Assembly: GCA_001778495.1 (NCBI GenBank)
Contig: MFHE01000010.1
Span: 55,292 to 119,291, forward strand
Origin: Candidatus Giovannonibacteria bacterium RIFCSPHIGHO2_01_FULL_45_24
GTDB taxonomy: Bacteria; Patescibacteriota; Minisyncoccia; UBA11713; 2-01-FULL-45-33
Direction of reading: 5' to 3'
Length of the DNA: 64,000 nt
The notes under the pieces were generated by a model that was not told the origin of the DNA, ran no database searches, and saw only the letters and a program-made list of their open reading frames with translations. A program made the translations under genes and the position numbers. Of the stretch, positions 1 to 8,468 are shown piece after piece. Within the stretch, counting starts at the first letter, position 1, and the number at the start of each line of letters is the position of its first letter.

Positions 1-275
1 CATGCTCTCCTTCTTTTGGATTGGCGGCCAAAAAACTGCCTGGCCGAACAATAACGCCCTTGCCAATACTGATTTTGGAAGGGCAAATAAAATAAGAGCC
101 GGGGCGCAATTCCGCGGTCGCGTCAAAATGCCTGAACTTCTTCTTACAAAGCGCGCGCATTGTGGAATTAAAATGCAGTTTCCAATGAGTCCATGGAATA
201 TCAGGCCCGATCCTGTCGGCCGTCCGCCAGAATTTTATCCGATTAAAACATTCTTGAATCTTCATGGCATGTCAT
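1..275 (-). CDS. Partial (runs off window edge) hexapeptide-repeat (LbH) sugar O-acetyltransferase, WcaF-like
   Basis: Minus-strand translation starting at rc(273-275)=ATG reads MKIQECFNRIKFWRTADRIGPDIPW...FDATAELRPGSYFICPSKISIGKGVIVRPGSFLAAN. It shows [LIV]-G-x4 hexapeptide periodicity. It is not in the ORF track because it is open at the window edge. An AT-rich divergent spacer separates it from the + gene at 322. Confidence 0.35.
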
Positions 276-321
276 ATATAATAACCACATTTAAAGCCCG
301 GTTGTTACATTAATTATAATC

Positions 322-1833
322 ATGAAAATTTGCTTTCTGGCCCAGCGGCGCTTTGCTTATATCGCGCATTGTTTGGCAATTACGCTTAAAGAAAAATACG
401 GCATAACCGAATTTTGCGGGTATACTTCGCTTAGGACGAGCCATGATTTTTTGACGAACCAAAAAGAGATTAAATACAGCGCATTAATCTTTGACGAGGA
501 AATCCATGAGCGGTACAAAACAGAGCTGTTGGATTTGGCGTATTTAAATTGGCTGGAGCGCGCCTACGGGATTCCAAATCTCTGGCCGTACATAGCCATT
601 GATAGGGTCGTAATGTTTAACCAGCTGGTGCGCGAGTATCCATACGCCGCTCCACCCTATACTCACGAAGAAATGATGCGCATCCTTCAAGTGAGGGCCA
701 AAGCGATTATTGAATTTTTGGACAAAGAAAAGCCCGATGCTTTGGTGTTTTCGGTGCTCGGCGGCATGGGAGGATATCTTTTGCACGAGATAGCCGCGAA
801 AAAAGGAATCCAGCCGATAGCGATTTTGCCCGGATACACAAAAAATAAAACCATAATCAGCAAAAGATACGACCGCTTTACGGAGGTGGAGGAGATAGCA
901 AAACAAATTATAGCGGCCGGAGATGTGGCAAGGCGATGCCAAAAAGCATCTGATTTTCTGCGCAATTTCAGGAACGCGCCGCATCCCTACTATGACGGAG
1001 TGGACATTAAAAAGCTGGCCGTGAAGAGAGCAAGTCACTTTAATTTTTTAAAACCAAAAAATTTTGTAAGATTCATCAAGGTTTACTCAAAAGAGCTTTA
1101 TGACTACACCGCTAAAATGGATAGAAACGACTATACCTATATTAATCCCTTGTATTCTCTTTATGACCGGCTAAAGCGCAAAATAAGAAATCTCATCGGC
1201 GTGGAAGACCTATACGACGCTTTTAATCCGGACGTGGATTTCGCCTATTACACCCTGCAGATGGAGCCGGAAATTTCCACGCTCCTCCACGCGCCTTTCC
1301 ACGCCAACCAGCTGGTATTGGTCCGGCAAATCGCGCGCTCTTTGCCAGTGCATTTCACGCTTTACGTAAAAGAGCACCCGCAAATGGTGCCTTTCCGGCC
1401 GCGTTCCTATTATAAAGAGCTTAAAAAAATTCCGAATGTTAAATTGCTTGCTCCGTCAATCACAAGTTTTGAGATATTACCGAAAGCAAAGCTGGTGCTA
1501 ACCATCACGAGCACTGCCGGCTGGGAAGCGCTTTTTCTGGGAAAACCGGTCATCACCTTCGGCGACCAATTTTACAACGCCATATCAATGGTAAAAAAAT
1601 GCGAGCAGATAGACCTGTTGCCGTATATCGTAGAAGACCAGCTCCGGCGGTTTAACTTTGATGAAAAAGAGCTTTTGGCGTACATCCAAGGAATGTTGGA
1701 AGACGCCGCTCCGCTGGATCTGTCATATATCTGGGAACATGAAGCGGATTTGGAGAAAAAGCGGGCCGTACTGGAGCCGCTGGCCGATCTCTTGGCAAAA
1801 AAAATCAAGCTGTATGCTGAAAAAAATATATAG
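322..1833 (+). CDS. Capsule polysaccharide biosynthesis protein family (KpsS/LpsZ-like, Capsule_synth)
   Basis: 503-aa ORF with motifs YYTLQMEPEISTLLHAPFHANQLVLVRQIA and LYVKEHPQM, typical of the KpsS/KpsC capsule-synthesis family. Confidence 0.5.
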   Translation: MKICFLAQRRFAYIAHCLAITLKEKYGITEFCGYTSLRTSHDFLTNQKEIKYSALIFDEEIHERYKTELLDLAYLNWLERAYGIPNLWPYIAIDRVVMFNQLVREYPYAAPPYTHEEMMRILQVRAKAIIEFLDKEKPDALVFSVLGGMGGYLLHEIAAKKGIQPIAILPGYTKNKTIISKRYDRFTEVEEIAKQIIAAGDVARRCQKASDFLRNFRNAPHPYYDGVDIKKLAVKRASHFNFLKPKNFVRFIKVYSKELYDYTAKMDRNDYTYINPLYSLYDRLKRKIRNLIGVEDLYDAFNPDVDFAYYTLQMEPEISTLLHAPFHANQLVLVRQIARSLPVHFTLYVKEHPQMVPFRPRSYYKELKKIPNVKLLAPSITSFEILPKAKLVLTITSTAGWEALFLGKPVITFGDQFYNAISMVKKCEQIDLLPYIVEDQLRRFNFDEKELLAYIQGMLEDAAPLDLSYIWEHEADLEKKRAVLEPLADLLAKKIKLYAEKNI

Positions 1834-2650
1834 AGCGCTGTTTTTGCATAAGTTGTTTGACGCTCTGGTTAATGTTTACACTTTTTTTGCCGGATACCAT
1901 TTCCCGAAAAATTATATCAGGCGCTGGAAGTTGGATATGCTCTGCGACCTCTATGAGCAGGAAACAATTTCTCTTTTTAAAAAAATCGTAAAGCCCGGCA
2001 TAGCGGTGGCTGATATCGGAGCTCACATCGGCTATTACACCAGGGTTGCTTCAGGATTGGTTGGAAGCGGCGGAGCGGTTTACGCTTTTGAGCCAGACCC
2101 GGAAAATTTTAAGCTGCTCCAAAAAAATATCGGGCGTATGAAAAACGTAAAACCATACCAGCTTGCCGTATCCGACAAAACCGGCCGGATTGATTTTTAC
2201 CATTACGACGCGCGGAGCGGGGTTCACAGCACACTGCCCAACGTCCCGCTGGATTTTCAAAAAAAGAAAATAAGCGTTGAGGCCACCGACCTTGATTCGT
2301 TTTTTGCTAAATTAGGCGTTTCAAAAATTGACATCATAAAGATGGACATAGAGGGCGGGGAATACGCGGCCCTTCAGGGAATGAAAAAAATACTTTCAGA
2401 AAACAGGAATCTGGTGTTAATCGTTGAATTCGCTCCCGCTTGGGTTCTAGCAGCCGGAAATACTCCGTTAAAATTTTTAAATTTCATAGAATCTTTCGGG
2501 TTTGAAATTTTCGCCATCACAAAACAGGGCTTGTCAAAATTAAGCCCGGCGGCGAACGACGCCGATTACGCGAAATTCATACCCAAATCCGCCAGCGGCA
2601 CCAATTTCGGCGAATTCGTGAATTTATACTGCGTCAAATCAGAGATTTGA
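1814..2650 (+). CDS. FkbM-family SAM-dependent methyltransferase
   Basis: VADIGAHIGYYT...YAFEPDPENF...IDIIKMDIEGGEYAALQG matches the Methyltransf_21 (FkbM) pattern. The start is moved to the ATG at 1814, just inside the end of the upstream ORF. Confidence 0.7.
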   Translation: MLKKIYRALFLHKLFDALVNVYTFFAGYHFPKNYIRRWKLDMLCDLYEQETISLFKKIVKPGIAVADIGAHIGYYTRVASGLVGSGGAVYAFEPDPENFKLLQKNIGRMKNVKPYQLAVSDKTGRIDFYHYDARSGVHSTLPNVPLDFQKKKISVEATDLDSFFAKLGVSKIDIIKMDIEGGEYAALQGMKKILSENRNLVLIVEFAPAWVLAAGNTPLKFLNFIESFGFEIFAITKQGLSKLSPAANDADYAKFIPKSASGTNFGEFVNLYCVKSEI

Positions 2651-3818
2651 GCTTTTCATTCCAAATCGGGATTTGTTTTTGGTAATTCATTGAATCTTCG
2701 CGGATGCGCTTGTAGCAATTTCTGGAAAGCTCGGCGCGGAGGTCGTAGTCGCCAGCCAGTTTTTCTATGGCGCGCGCCAAATCATCGTGAGCGCCGTTTT
2801 TGACGTAGATAGCTGTATCTTTCGCCTGCCACTCAAGCCCTCCGCCGCCGGGCAAAATGGACGGCACTCCGAAAGCCATCGCATAGAGCTGGGAGATAGA
2901 AGTACCTTCCGGCTTCCAGCCCACTTGTATGTAAATATCCGCCTCCTTGTTGTATTGAAGCAGGCGCGGCCACGAAACCCATCCCGGAAACTCCACGTAT
3001 TTTTCTATCCTCAAATCTTTCGCAATTTTTTTGAGCGTCTCCGCTTCCGGCCCGGTGCCGGTCAAAACCATTTTAAAATTTTCTTTGTTTCTGACTCTGG
3101 CGAACCCGTGAAGCAGCAAATCAAACCCCTTTCCGCGGATCATCCGGCTTGAGTAAAAAAGAAGAAAGGGCCCAGCGCGCTTGTTGCGGTTAAGATAAGT
3201 ATCTTCCGAAATTCCGTTTTCCAGCATTATTTTTCCGAAATCAATCAAATCTCCTATCACAAAAGTGTTCGGGTCCTTTCGCAACCCAAAATCCTCGTAT
3301 ACCGTTTTGAGATTCGGGCTCACGAAAGCAAAAACATCAATGCGGTTGGCGAGCGGCATGCCGATGTATTTTTCAATCAGCCAGCGTATTTTCTTTTTTG
3401 CGCGGACAAAAATGTTTTCTTTCGGCTGCAGGGCCATGCTTATCGCTGTGTCGTCCCAGCACATCAGGTAATAATTAAAATACGCCGCCACCGGAATTCT
3501 CCCGCCCAGAAGCTTATAAAGCCCGGCGCCGTATAAAAAAATATGGCCGTCAATGTGGAAAATGTCGGCCATTTTTTCGTACTTCTTTAAAATTTTATAA
3601 AGCTGCCAGGCAATGCCAAAAAGGCGCTTTGAAGTGATTTGCTCCTCTATGACTTCGTACGGGCGTTTTTCCAAAATGACATTACTGGCGGAAAAAGCGG
3701 TTATTGTTTTGACGTCGTTGCCCAGATTCTGCAGGGTCTGCATAAGCAAATCCAGCTCCTCAATTGAGCCGCCGGCGGTTTTGAAATTCAGCTTGGAAGT
3801 TATAAATAAAATTCGCAT
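2634..3818 (-). CDS. GT4 (GT-B fold, family 1) glycosyltransferase
   Basis: C-terminal Rossmann region GFDLLLHGF...VLTGTGPE...PGWVSW...YIQVGW...SISQLYAMAFGVPSILP has the GT4 E-x7-E region layout. Confidence 0.75.
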   Translation of the reverse strand: MRILFITSKLNFKTAGGSIEELDLLMQTLQNLGNDVKTITAFSASNVILEKRPYEVIEEQITSKRLFGIAWQLYKILKKYEKMADIFHIDGHIFLYGAGLYKLLGGRIPVAAYFNYYLMCWDDTAISMALQPKENIFVRAKKKIRWLIEKYIGMPLANRIDVFAFVSPNLKTVYEDFGLRKDPNTFVIGDLIDFGKIMLENGISEDTYLNRNKRAGPFLLFYSSRMIRGKGFDLLLHGFARVRNKENFKMVLTGTGPEAETLKKIAKDLRIEKYVEFPGWVSWPRLLQYNKEADIYIQVGWKPEGTSISQLYAMAFGVPSILPGGGGLEWQAKDTAIYVKNGAHDDLARAIEKLAGDYDLRAELSRNCYKRIREDSMNYQKQIPIWNEKLKSLI

Positions 3819-3842
3819 GTTGCACGTTTCGTGTTTTATGCT

Positions 3843-4433
3843 TCATGCTTTGCGACCATTTGGATACCCGAGCTTGGCGGCGTATTCCAGCATTGTTTCT
3901 TTGGGCCTTTTTTTAACCGGCCTAGCGGGGCTCCCGGCGTAAATCGTCCATGGCTCCGTATCCTTGGTGACAACCGCGCCAGCGCCGACAACCGAACCCT
4001 CGCGCAATGTCACTCCCGGCAAAATAATCGCCCCAGCGCCGACATTGGCGAAATTTTCAAAAACAACGGGCGCGATTTTAAATCTCCGGAATTCTTCGGG
4101 AATCCCCTGCGCCCCGATTAGCCCGTCGCCTAAAAAAGTGTCGGATACGCAAATAATTCTTCCGCCAACCGCGATATTGGTAAAATTGCCCATTTTCAAA
4201 AGTCCCGGTTTGCCGCCGATTACCGCGACATAAGGGCCGATATGTATATAATCTCCCAACTCGGCTTGGGTGGTAAGGTAAAATCCAGAATCAATGTCAA
4301 CATTGCTGCCCAAAGACACCAGCTGCGGCCTTCTGATTTCCACACTCGCGCTTATAAAAACATTCTTGCCAACCGATTTGAGCAAGGATTTATCGTATTG
4401 CGGAGAATTTAATTGATTGGAATTTTTATTCAT
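3843..4433 (-). CDS. Left-handed beta-helix (hexapeptide) acyl/acetyltransferase, sugar N/O-acetyltransferase-like
   Basis: Runs of [LIV]GxxxxI hexapeptides (IAVGGRIICVSDTFLGDGLIGAQGI, VGAGAIILPGVTLREGSVVGAGAVV). Confidence 0.7.
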   Translation of the reverse strand: MNKNSNQLNSPQYDKSLLKSVGKNVFISASVEIRRPQLVSLGSNVDIDSGFYLTTQAELGDYIHIGPYVAVIGGKPGLLKMGNFTNIAVGGRIICVSDTFLGDGLIGAQGIPEEFRRFKIAPVVFENFANVGAGAIILPGVTLREGSVVGAGAVVTKDTEPWTIYAGSPARPVKKRPKETMLEYAAKLGYPNGRKA

Positions 4434-4440
4434 ACGCTTA

Positions 4441-5253
4441 TTATATCAATTTTAATAAATAATGATTGGTCTCGTGAAGTTTAAAGCCAACCTTTTGATA
4501 AAGAGCGTTTGCTGCAATCCTTTTGGGATTGGTTGTTAACTCAACCACCTCTACTCCGTTAGATTTTGCCCACCTTAAAAGATCAAGCAAAATTTTTTCG
4601 CCTAATCCTTTGCCGCGATACCTGTCGTCAACAATCATATCTTCAATTACAGCTTGACGCCGCAACATGGTTTGCCGAGGAAAAATCCAGCCCATGCCGA
4701 TAAATTCGCCGCCTTCTTCAACCGTGCTCACATAGCCATCAAGTATCGCCTTATAGAGCGACTGCTCATTCAATACGGCGGTTGAATCAAGCTGGGAAAC
4801 AAGCTCTCGCGCCTTGTTTAAATCATAAGTAAATTTATTTTTTATAAATTCCAGTATTTTTTGGTTTGAATCAAAAGCAATGTCTATTTCGTCTGGACGA
4901 AGCCAAGCGTATTCCGAATTTTCCTCGTTGAGTTTTATTTCTCCTTTCAATTCAACAAAATAGGCGAAGCACAAAGTCGGATATTCGTACTTTTTATAAA
5001 AACCAACCCCAGTGAAAACCCCGATGTAAAAAAGGGATTCAGCATCAATATTTAATTCTTCTTTAATCTCGCGCCTTAAAGCTTCTTCGGGAGTTTCGTT
5101 CTTCTCAATGTACCCACCCATAAAATCCCACTTATTTTGAAAGGGAGGAATATTTCGCTTCAGCACCAAAAGCCGGCCATTTTTTATGAAAATAGCGGTA
5201 GCGGTGGGTTTTGGGTTCTCAAAAGCGCAAAGCTCGCAGCCAGTGTTTTTCAT
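4441..5253 (-). CDS. NUDIX hydrolase - GNAT acetyltransferase fusion protein
   Basis: N-terminal half carries a canonical Nudix box GYIEKNETPEEALRREIKEELNI (G-x5-E-x7-REUxEE). C-terminal half carries the GNAT motif RYRGKGLGEKILLDLLRWAKSNGVEVVELTTNP...LYQKVGF. Confidence 0.65.
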   Translation of the reverse strand: MKNTGCELCAFENPKPTATAIFIKNGRLLVLKRNIPPFQNKWDFMGGYIEKNETPEEALRREIKEELNIDAESLFYIGVFTGVGFYKKYEYPTLCFAYFVELKGEIKLNEENSEYAWLRPDEIDIAFDSNQKILEFIKNKFTYDLNKARELVSQLDSTAVLNEQSLYKAILDGYVSTVEEGGEFIGMGWIFPRQTMLRRQAVIEDMIVDDRYRGKGLGEKILLDLLRWAKSNGVEVVELTTNPKRIAANALYQKVGFKLHETNHYLLKLI

Positions 5254-5257
5254 ATAT

Positions 5258-5283
5258 TAAAAACCCGCCAGCAGGGCTGGCGG
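5258..5283 (-). terminator. Rho-independent terminator retained downstream of the IMPase gene remnant
   Basis: Minus-strand CCGCCAG-cccug-CUGGCGG followed by GUUUUUAAUAU. Confidence 0.45.
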
Positions 5284-5298
5284 TTGCGTCCATGTATA

Positions 5299-5490
5299 TT
5301 ATCGCAGATGGCGGATGACTTGCCATGCCAAATCAATATTCGCCGCGCTGATGACCGGGAGCGCTTCTTTCTGTCCCCACTCCAGAAATTTTTTTGTTCC
5401 GATGTCGTTTCCGTCAATATCCACCATTACGCCACCGGCCTCTTTGATAATGCCGTAGGCCACGCCGATTTCTAGATTTCCTTCTGTAAA
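5299..5490 (-). pseudogene. 3' remnant of an inositol-monophosphatase-family (SuhB/IMPase/FBPase) gene; no start codon
   Basis: The minus-strand frame reads FTEGNLEIGVAYGIIKEAGGVMVDIDGNDIGTKKFLEWGQKEALPVISAANIDLAWQVIRHLR*. This resembles the IMPase C-terminal WDxAAG...EAGG...D.dG region. An in-frame stop lies immediately upstream, there is no Met, and an intact terminator follows. Confidence 0.35.
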
Positions 5491-5525
5491 ACTACATTCT
5501 AACGTGATAGGTTATACTAATACTC

Positions 5526-6746
5526 ATGAAATGTCAAATCTGCGGGAATAAAAATCTGGAGTCGGTTCTGGATTTGGGGCATCAGCCGATTGTGCAGGCG
5601 TATCTTACAAAAAAGCAGCTCCACGAGCCGGAGGTGACTTATCCGCTGCATTTATGCCGCTGCGCGAAATGCGGCCTTTTGCAACTGGATTCAATAATTG
5701 CTCCGGAGCTTGTTTTCCCGAAAAACTACCCTTACCGCACCGGACTTACTAACATGCTTATCAGAAATTTCCGCGAGCTCGCTGGCTCTTTAGAAACAAA
5801 ATATAATCTTTCCAAAAATGACTTAATCATAGATATCGGTTCAAACGACGGAACGCTCCTTCAGAGTTTTAAAGAAAAGGGCATGCGCGTTTTGGGAGTT
5901 GAACCAACGGACGCCGCGAAAGCCGCGAACAAAAACGGCATTTCCACAATACAAGAATATTTCACAAAAAGCACAGCGAAGAAAATATTAAAAAAATACG
6001 GCAAGGCAAAAATCGTAACTGCAACCAACACTTTTGCGCATATCCCCAACCCAGTAGAACTTACGAAAAACATCAAAAGCGCGCTCGCGCCGGACGGAGT
6101 GTTTGTTTCCGAATCTCAATATCTCATGGACATAGTAGAAAAGTTTGAGTTTGACACAATTTACCACGAGCACCTGCGTTTTTATTCTCTCAAGCCCTTA
6201 ATCAAGCTTTTTGCCCTTGCCGGGATGAGCTTGATTGACGCGGAGCGCATATCGTCCTCTGGCGGCTCAATCAGAATTTTTGCAAAACCCGGTCGGCATA
6301 AAATGAGCGCGGGCGCAAGAAATCTCATGGCCGCTGAGGAGAGGGCGGGGCTTTACAACAAAGCAAAACTCCACAAATTTGCGCAAAAAGCAATAATCGC
6401 GAAAAATAATCTGCTGAAACTTTTGATTGAATTAAAACAAAAAGGCGCGAAAATAGCGGGGATAACAAGCTCCGCGCGCTCCAATACTCTTCTGGGCTTT
6501 ACAAAAATAGACAGCCAGATTCTTGACTACTCCGTGGAAAAAGCCGGGTCGCCGAAAATCGGGCTTTTCACCCCCGGAACGCATATCCCCGTGCTTGAGG
6601 AGGATAAATTATTCAAGGACCAGCCGGACTACGCCTTAGTGCTTTCCTGGCATATCGGAGAAGAGCTTATGAAAATACTTCGCAAAAACGGATATAAGGG
6701 CAAATTTATAATGCCGCTTCCAAAAGCAAGAATTTATGGAAAATAA
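5526..6746 (+). CDS. NDP-hexose C-methyltransferase-like SAM methyltransferase (TylCIII/NovU-type: Zn-ribbon Methyltransf_13 plus C-methyltransferase Methyltransf_14)
   Basis: N-terminal CQICGNKNLESVLDLGHQPIVQAYL...CRCAKCGLLQL double CxxC zinc ribbon, then class-I MTase IIDIGSNDGTLL...VLGVEPT and a C-terminal domain. Confidence 0.7.
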   Translation: MKCQICGNKNLESVLDLGHQPIVQAYLTKKQLHEPEVTYPLHLCRCAKCGLLQLDSIIAPELVFPKNYPYRTGLTNMLIRNFRELAGSLETKYNLSKNDLIIDIGSNDGTLLQSFKEKGMRVLGVEPTDAAKAANKNGISTIQEYFTKSTAKKILKKYGKAKIVTATNTFAHIPNPVELTKNIKSALAPDGVFVSESQYLMDIVEKFEFDTIYHEHLRFYSLKPLIKLFALAGMSLIDAERISSSGGSIRIFAKPGRHKMSAGARNLMAAEERAGLYNKAKLHKFAQKAIIAKNNLLKLLIELKQKGAKIAGITSSARSNTLLGFTKIDSQILDYSVEKAGSPKIGLFTPGTHIPVLEEDKLFKDQPDYALVLSWHIGEELMKILRKNGYKGKFIMPLPKARIYGK

Positions 6747-7827
6747 AAAAATCCCCTGGTGGCAGCCGCAGGTTGAGAAAGAAGATTATGAATTTATCAA
6801 GCGAGCGCTTGACGCCAATTTTGTAAACGAAGGCCCGCTTACGGAAGAATTTGAAAAAAAAATCGCTTATTTTGTCGGGGCAAAACATGCCGTAGCGACT
6901 ACTAGCTGCACGGCCGCGATTTTTTTGTCTTTAAAAGCCGTAGGAGTCGGGCAGGGAGATGAAGTCATCGTGCCGGACGCGACTTTTATAGCGACAGTCA
7001 ATGCAGTTGAGCTTGCAGGCGCGAAACCCGTATTAGTAGATATTGACCCTGAAACACTGGCAATAAGCGTTGAGGCAATAAAAAAAGCAATAACGCCAAA
7101 AACCAAAGCGATAATCCCGGTGCATGTCACCGGAAGAGGTGCCAATATGGAGGCGATTTTAGACATTGCCAAAAAAAATAATATTTTCGTGATAGAAGAC
7201 GCCGCCGAAGCGCTTGGCTCAAAGCACAAAGGAAAATTTCTGGGAACTTTGGGGAGTGCGGGTTGTTTTTCTTTCGCCGCGAATAAAACCCTGGCAACCG
7301 GGCAGGGCGGGATGATTGTGACCGATAGCGACGAGGTTTTTAAAAAATTGCGCCCGTTAAAAGACCATGGCAGGCCAGTCCACGGAACGGGAGGAGACGA
7401 TACGCACGATACTATCGGCTACAATTTCCGCATGACCGATTTGCAGGCCGCCGTAGGGCTTGGGCAATTCGCGCATTTAAAAGAGCGACTCCAGAGAATG
7501 AAAAAAAATTACCAGCTTTACGCCGAAAATTTAAAAGACATTAAAGAGATAAAAATTTTCCACTCCCGAAGCGAGGAGATGCCCCAATGGACGGACGTCG
7601 CAACGGACAAACGGGACGAGCTTGAAAAATATCTTCGCGGAAAAAATATTGATTGCCGAAAATACTGGCATCCTATCCACCGCCAGCTCCCCTACAAGCT
7701 CCCTGATGAAAACTTTCCGGTGAGCTCCGCGCTCCTGCCGAAATCCCTCTGGCTTCCATCCGCTTTCACGCTGACGGATGAAGATGTTTTGCGAGTTTGC
7801 GACGAGATAAAAAAGTTTTTTTGGTAA
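6736..7827 (+). CDS. DegT/DnrJ/EryC1/StrS-family PLP-dependent sugar aminotransferase
   Basis: HAVATTSCTAAIFLSLKAVGVGQGDEVIVPDATFIATVNA...IIPVH..G...FVIEDAAEALGS...GCFSF..NKTL has the PLP-lysine region of DegT-family enzymes. Confidence 0.8.
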   Translation: MENKKIPWWQPQVEKEDYEFIKRALDANFVNEGPLTEEFEKKIAYFVGAKHAVATTSCTAAIFLSLKAVGVGQGDEVIVPDATFIATVNAVELAGAKPVLVDIDPETLAISVEAIKKAITPKTKAIIPVHVTGRGANMEAILDIAKKNNIFVIEDAAEALGSKHKGKFLGTLGSAGCFSFAANKTLATGQGGMIVTDSDEVFKKLRPLKDHGRPVHGTGGDDTHDTIGYNFRMTDLQAAVGLGQFAHLKERLQRMKKNYQLYAENLKDIKEIKIFHSRSEEMPQWTDVATDKRDELEKYLRGKNIDCRKYWHPIHRQLPYKLPDENFPVSSALLPKSLWLPSAFTLTDEDVLRVCDEIKKFFW

Positions 7828-7930
7828 GTAAAACATTGGTCAACCTGCCAGGTTGACCCATTAGAACTCGCCAGCAAAATCATTTTGGATTTTCACGACG
7901 AGTTATTTGCGCCGTAAATTCAAAAATGAG

Positions 7931-7960
7931 AAATAAAAACGGGGAGCGTTGCTCCCTTTT
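7931..7960. terminator. Bidirectional rho-independent terminator between convergent genes
   Basis: GGGAGC-guu-GCUCCC is flanked by AAAUAAAAAC on one side and UUUUCGG on the other. Confidence 0.5.
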
Positions 7961-7976
7961 CGGCGTATCTCGCCTT

Positions 7977-8393
7977 CTACTTGAAAAATATGTTCATCGA
8001 TTCGACGACGAGATCTTTCGGGTCAAATTCCGGAATCGTCGAGGCGATTTGCAGAATTGTATCAGTCTTAAAACGCAGTTCGTGTCTCACGCCTGGCGGG
8101 ATAAGCACCCAAACGCCTTTCTCAAATTCAAAGACGTCTGATTGCGGCCCATTATCTTCCCCCCACCTGCCAGGCTCGTAAAGCGCCATCGTTCCATTGC
8201 CCGAGAGCCCGAAGTAAAGCTCCCATTGCCGGGGATGATAGTGCCCCCCGATTCCGTGTCCGGCATTCCCCCAAAAAGCTGTCACTTTTGGAAATGAGAG
8301 CCCTTGCGGCAAACTTCCCTTAATCCAATCGTTGAGCTCCCTTCTATGATCTTTGTGATTCGGCGGCAGAACCTTTCTCTCCCATCTAGGCAT
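7977..8393 (-). CDS. Cupin-fold sugar epimerase/ketoisomerase-like protein (RmlC/WxcM-like)
   Basis: GHGIGGHYHPRQWELYFGLSGNG...VLIPPGVRHELRF matches the cupin pattern. It is paralogous to 18521..18940 through the shared GGHYHP motif. Confidence 0.5.
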   Translation of the reverse strand: MPRWERKVLPPNHKDHRRELNDWIKGSLPQGLSFPKVTAFWGNAGHGIGGHYHPRQWELYFGLSGNGTMALYEPGRWGEDNGPQSDVFEFEKGVWVLIPPGVRHELRFKTDTILQIASTIPEFDPKDLVVESMNIFFK

Positions 8394-8468
8394 TATTTTG
8401 TCCCCTTTCTTCTTTTTTCTATTCTAAAAAGAATGCTAGCACGAGGAGATTAAATTTGTCAACGCGCC

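Noticed and set aside
2-313. 103-aa plus-strand ORF at the window start
   Set aside because: No recognisable motifs. The opposite strand encodes a hexapeptide-repeat acetyltransferase N-terminus with a sensible divergent arrangement relative to the gene at 322, so the plus ORF is most likely a shadow frame.
5137-5475. 112-aa plus-strand ORF overlapping the NUDIX-GNAT gene and the intergenic region
   Set aside because: It overlaps a well-supported minus-strand gene. Its remaining part is antisense to an IMPase-like remnant that has its own terminator. No motifs.
7692-8141. Short ORFs (63-71 aa) in the 7828-7976 intergenic region
   Set aside because: They span a palindrome and a bidirectional terminator. 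No coding signal and no RBS.
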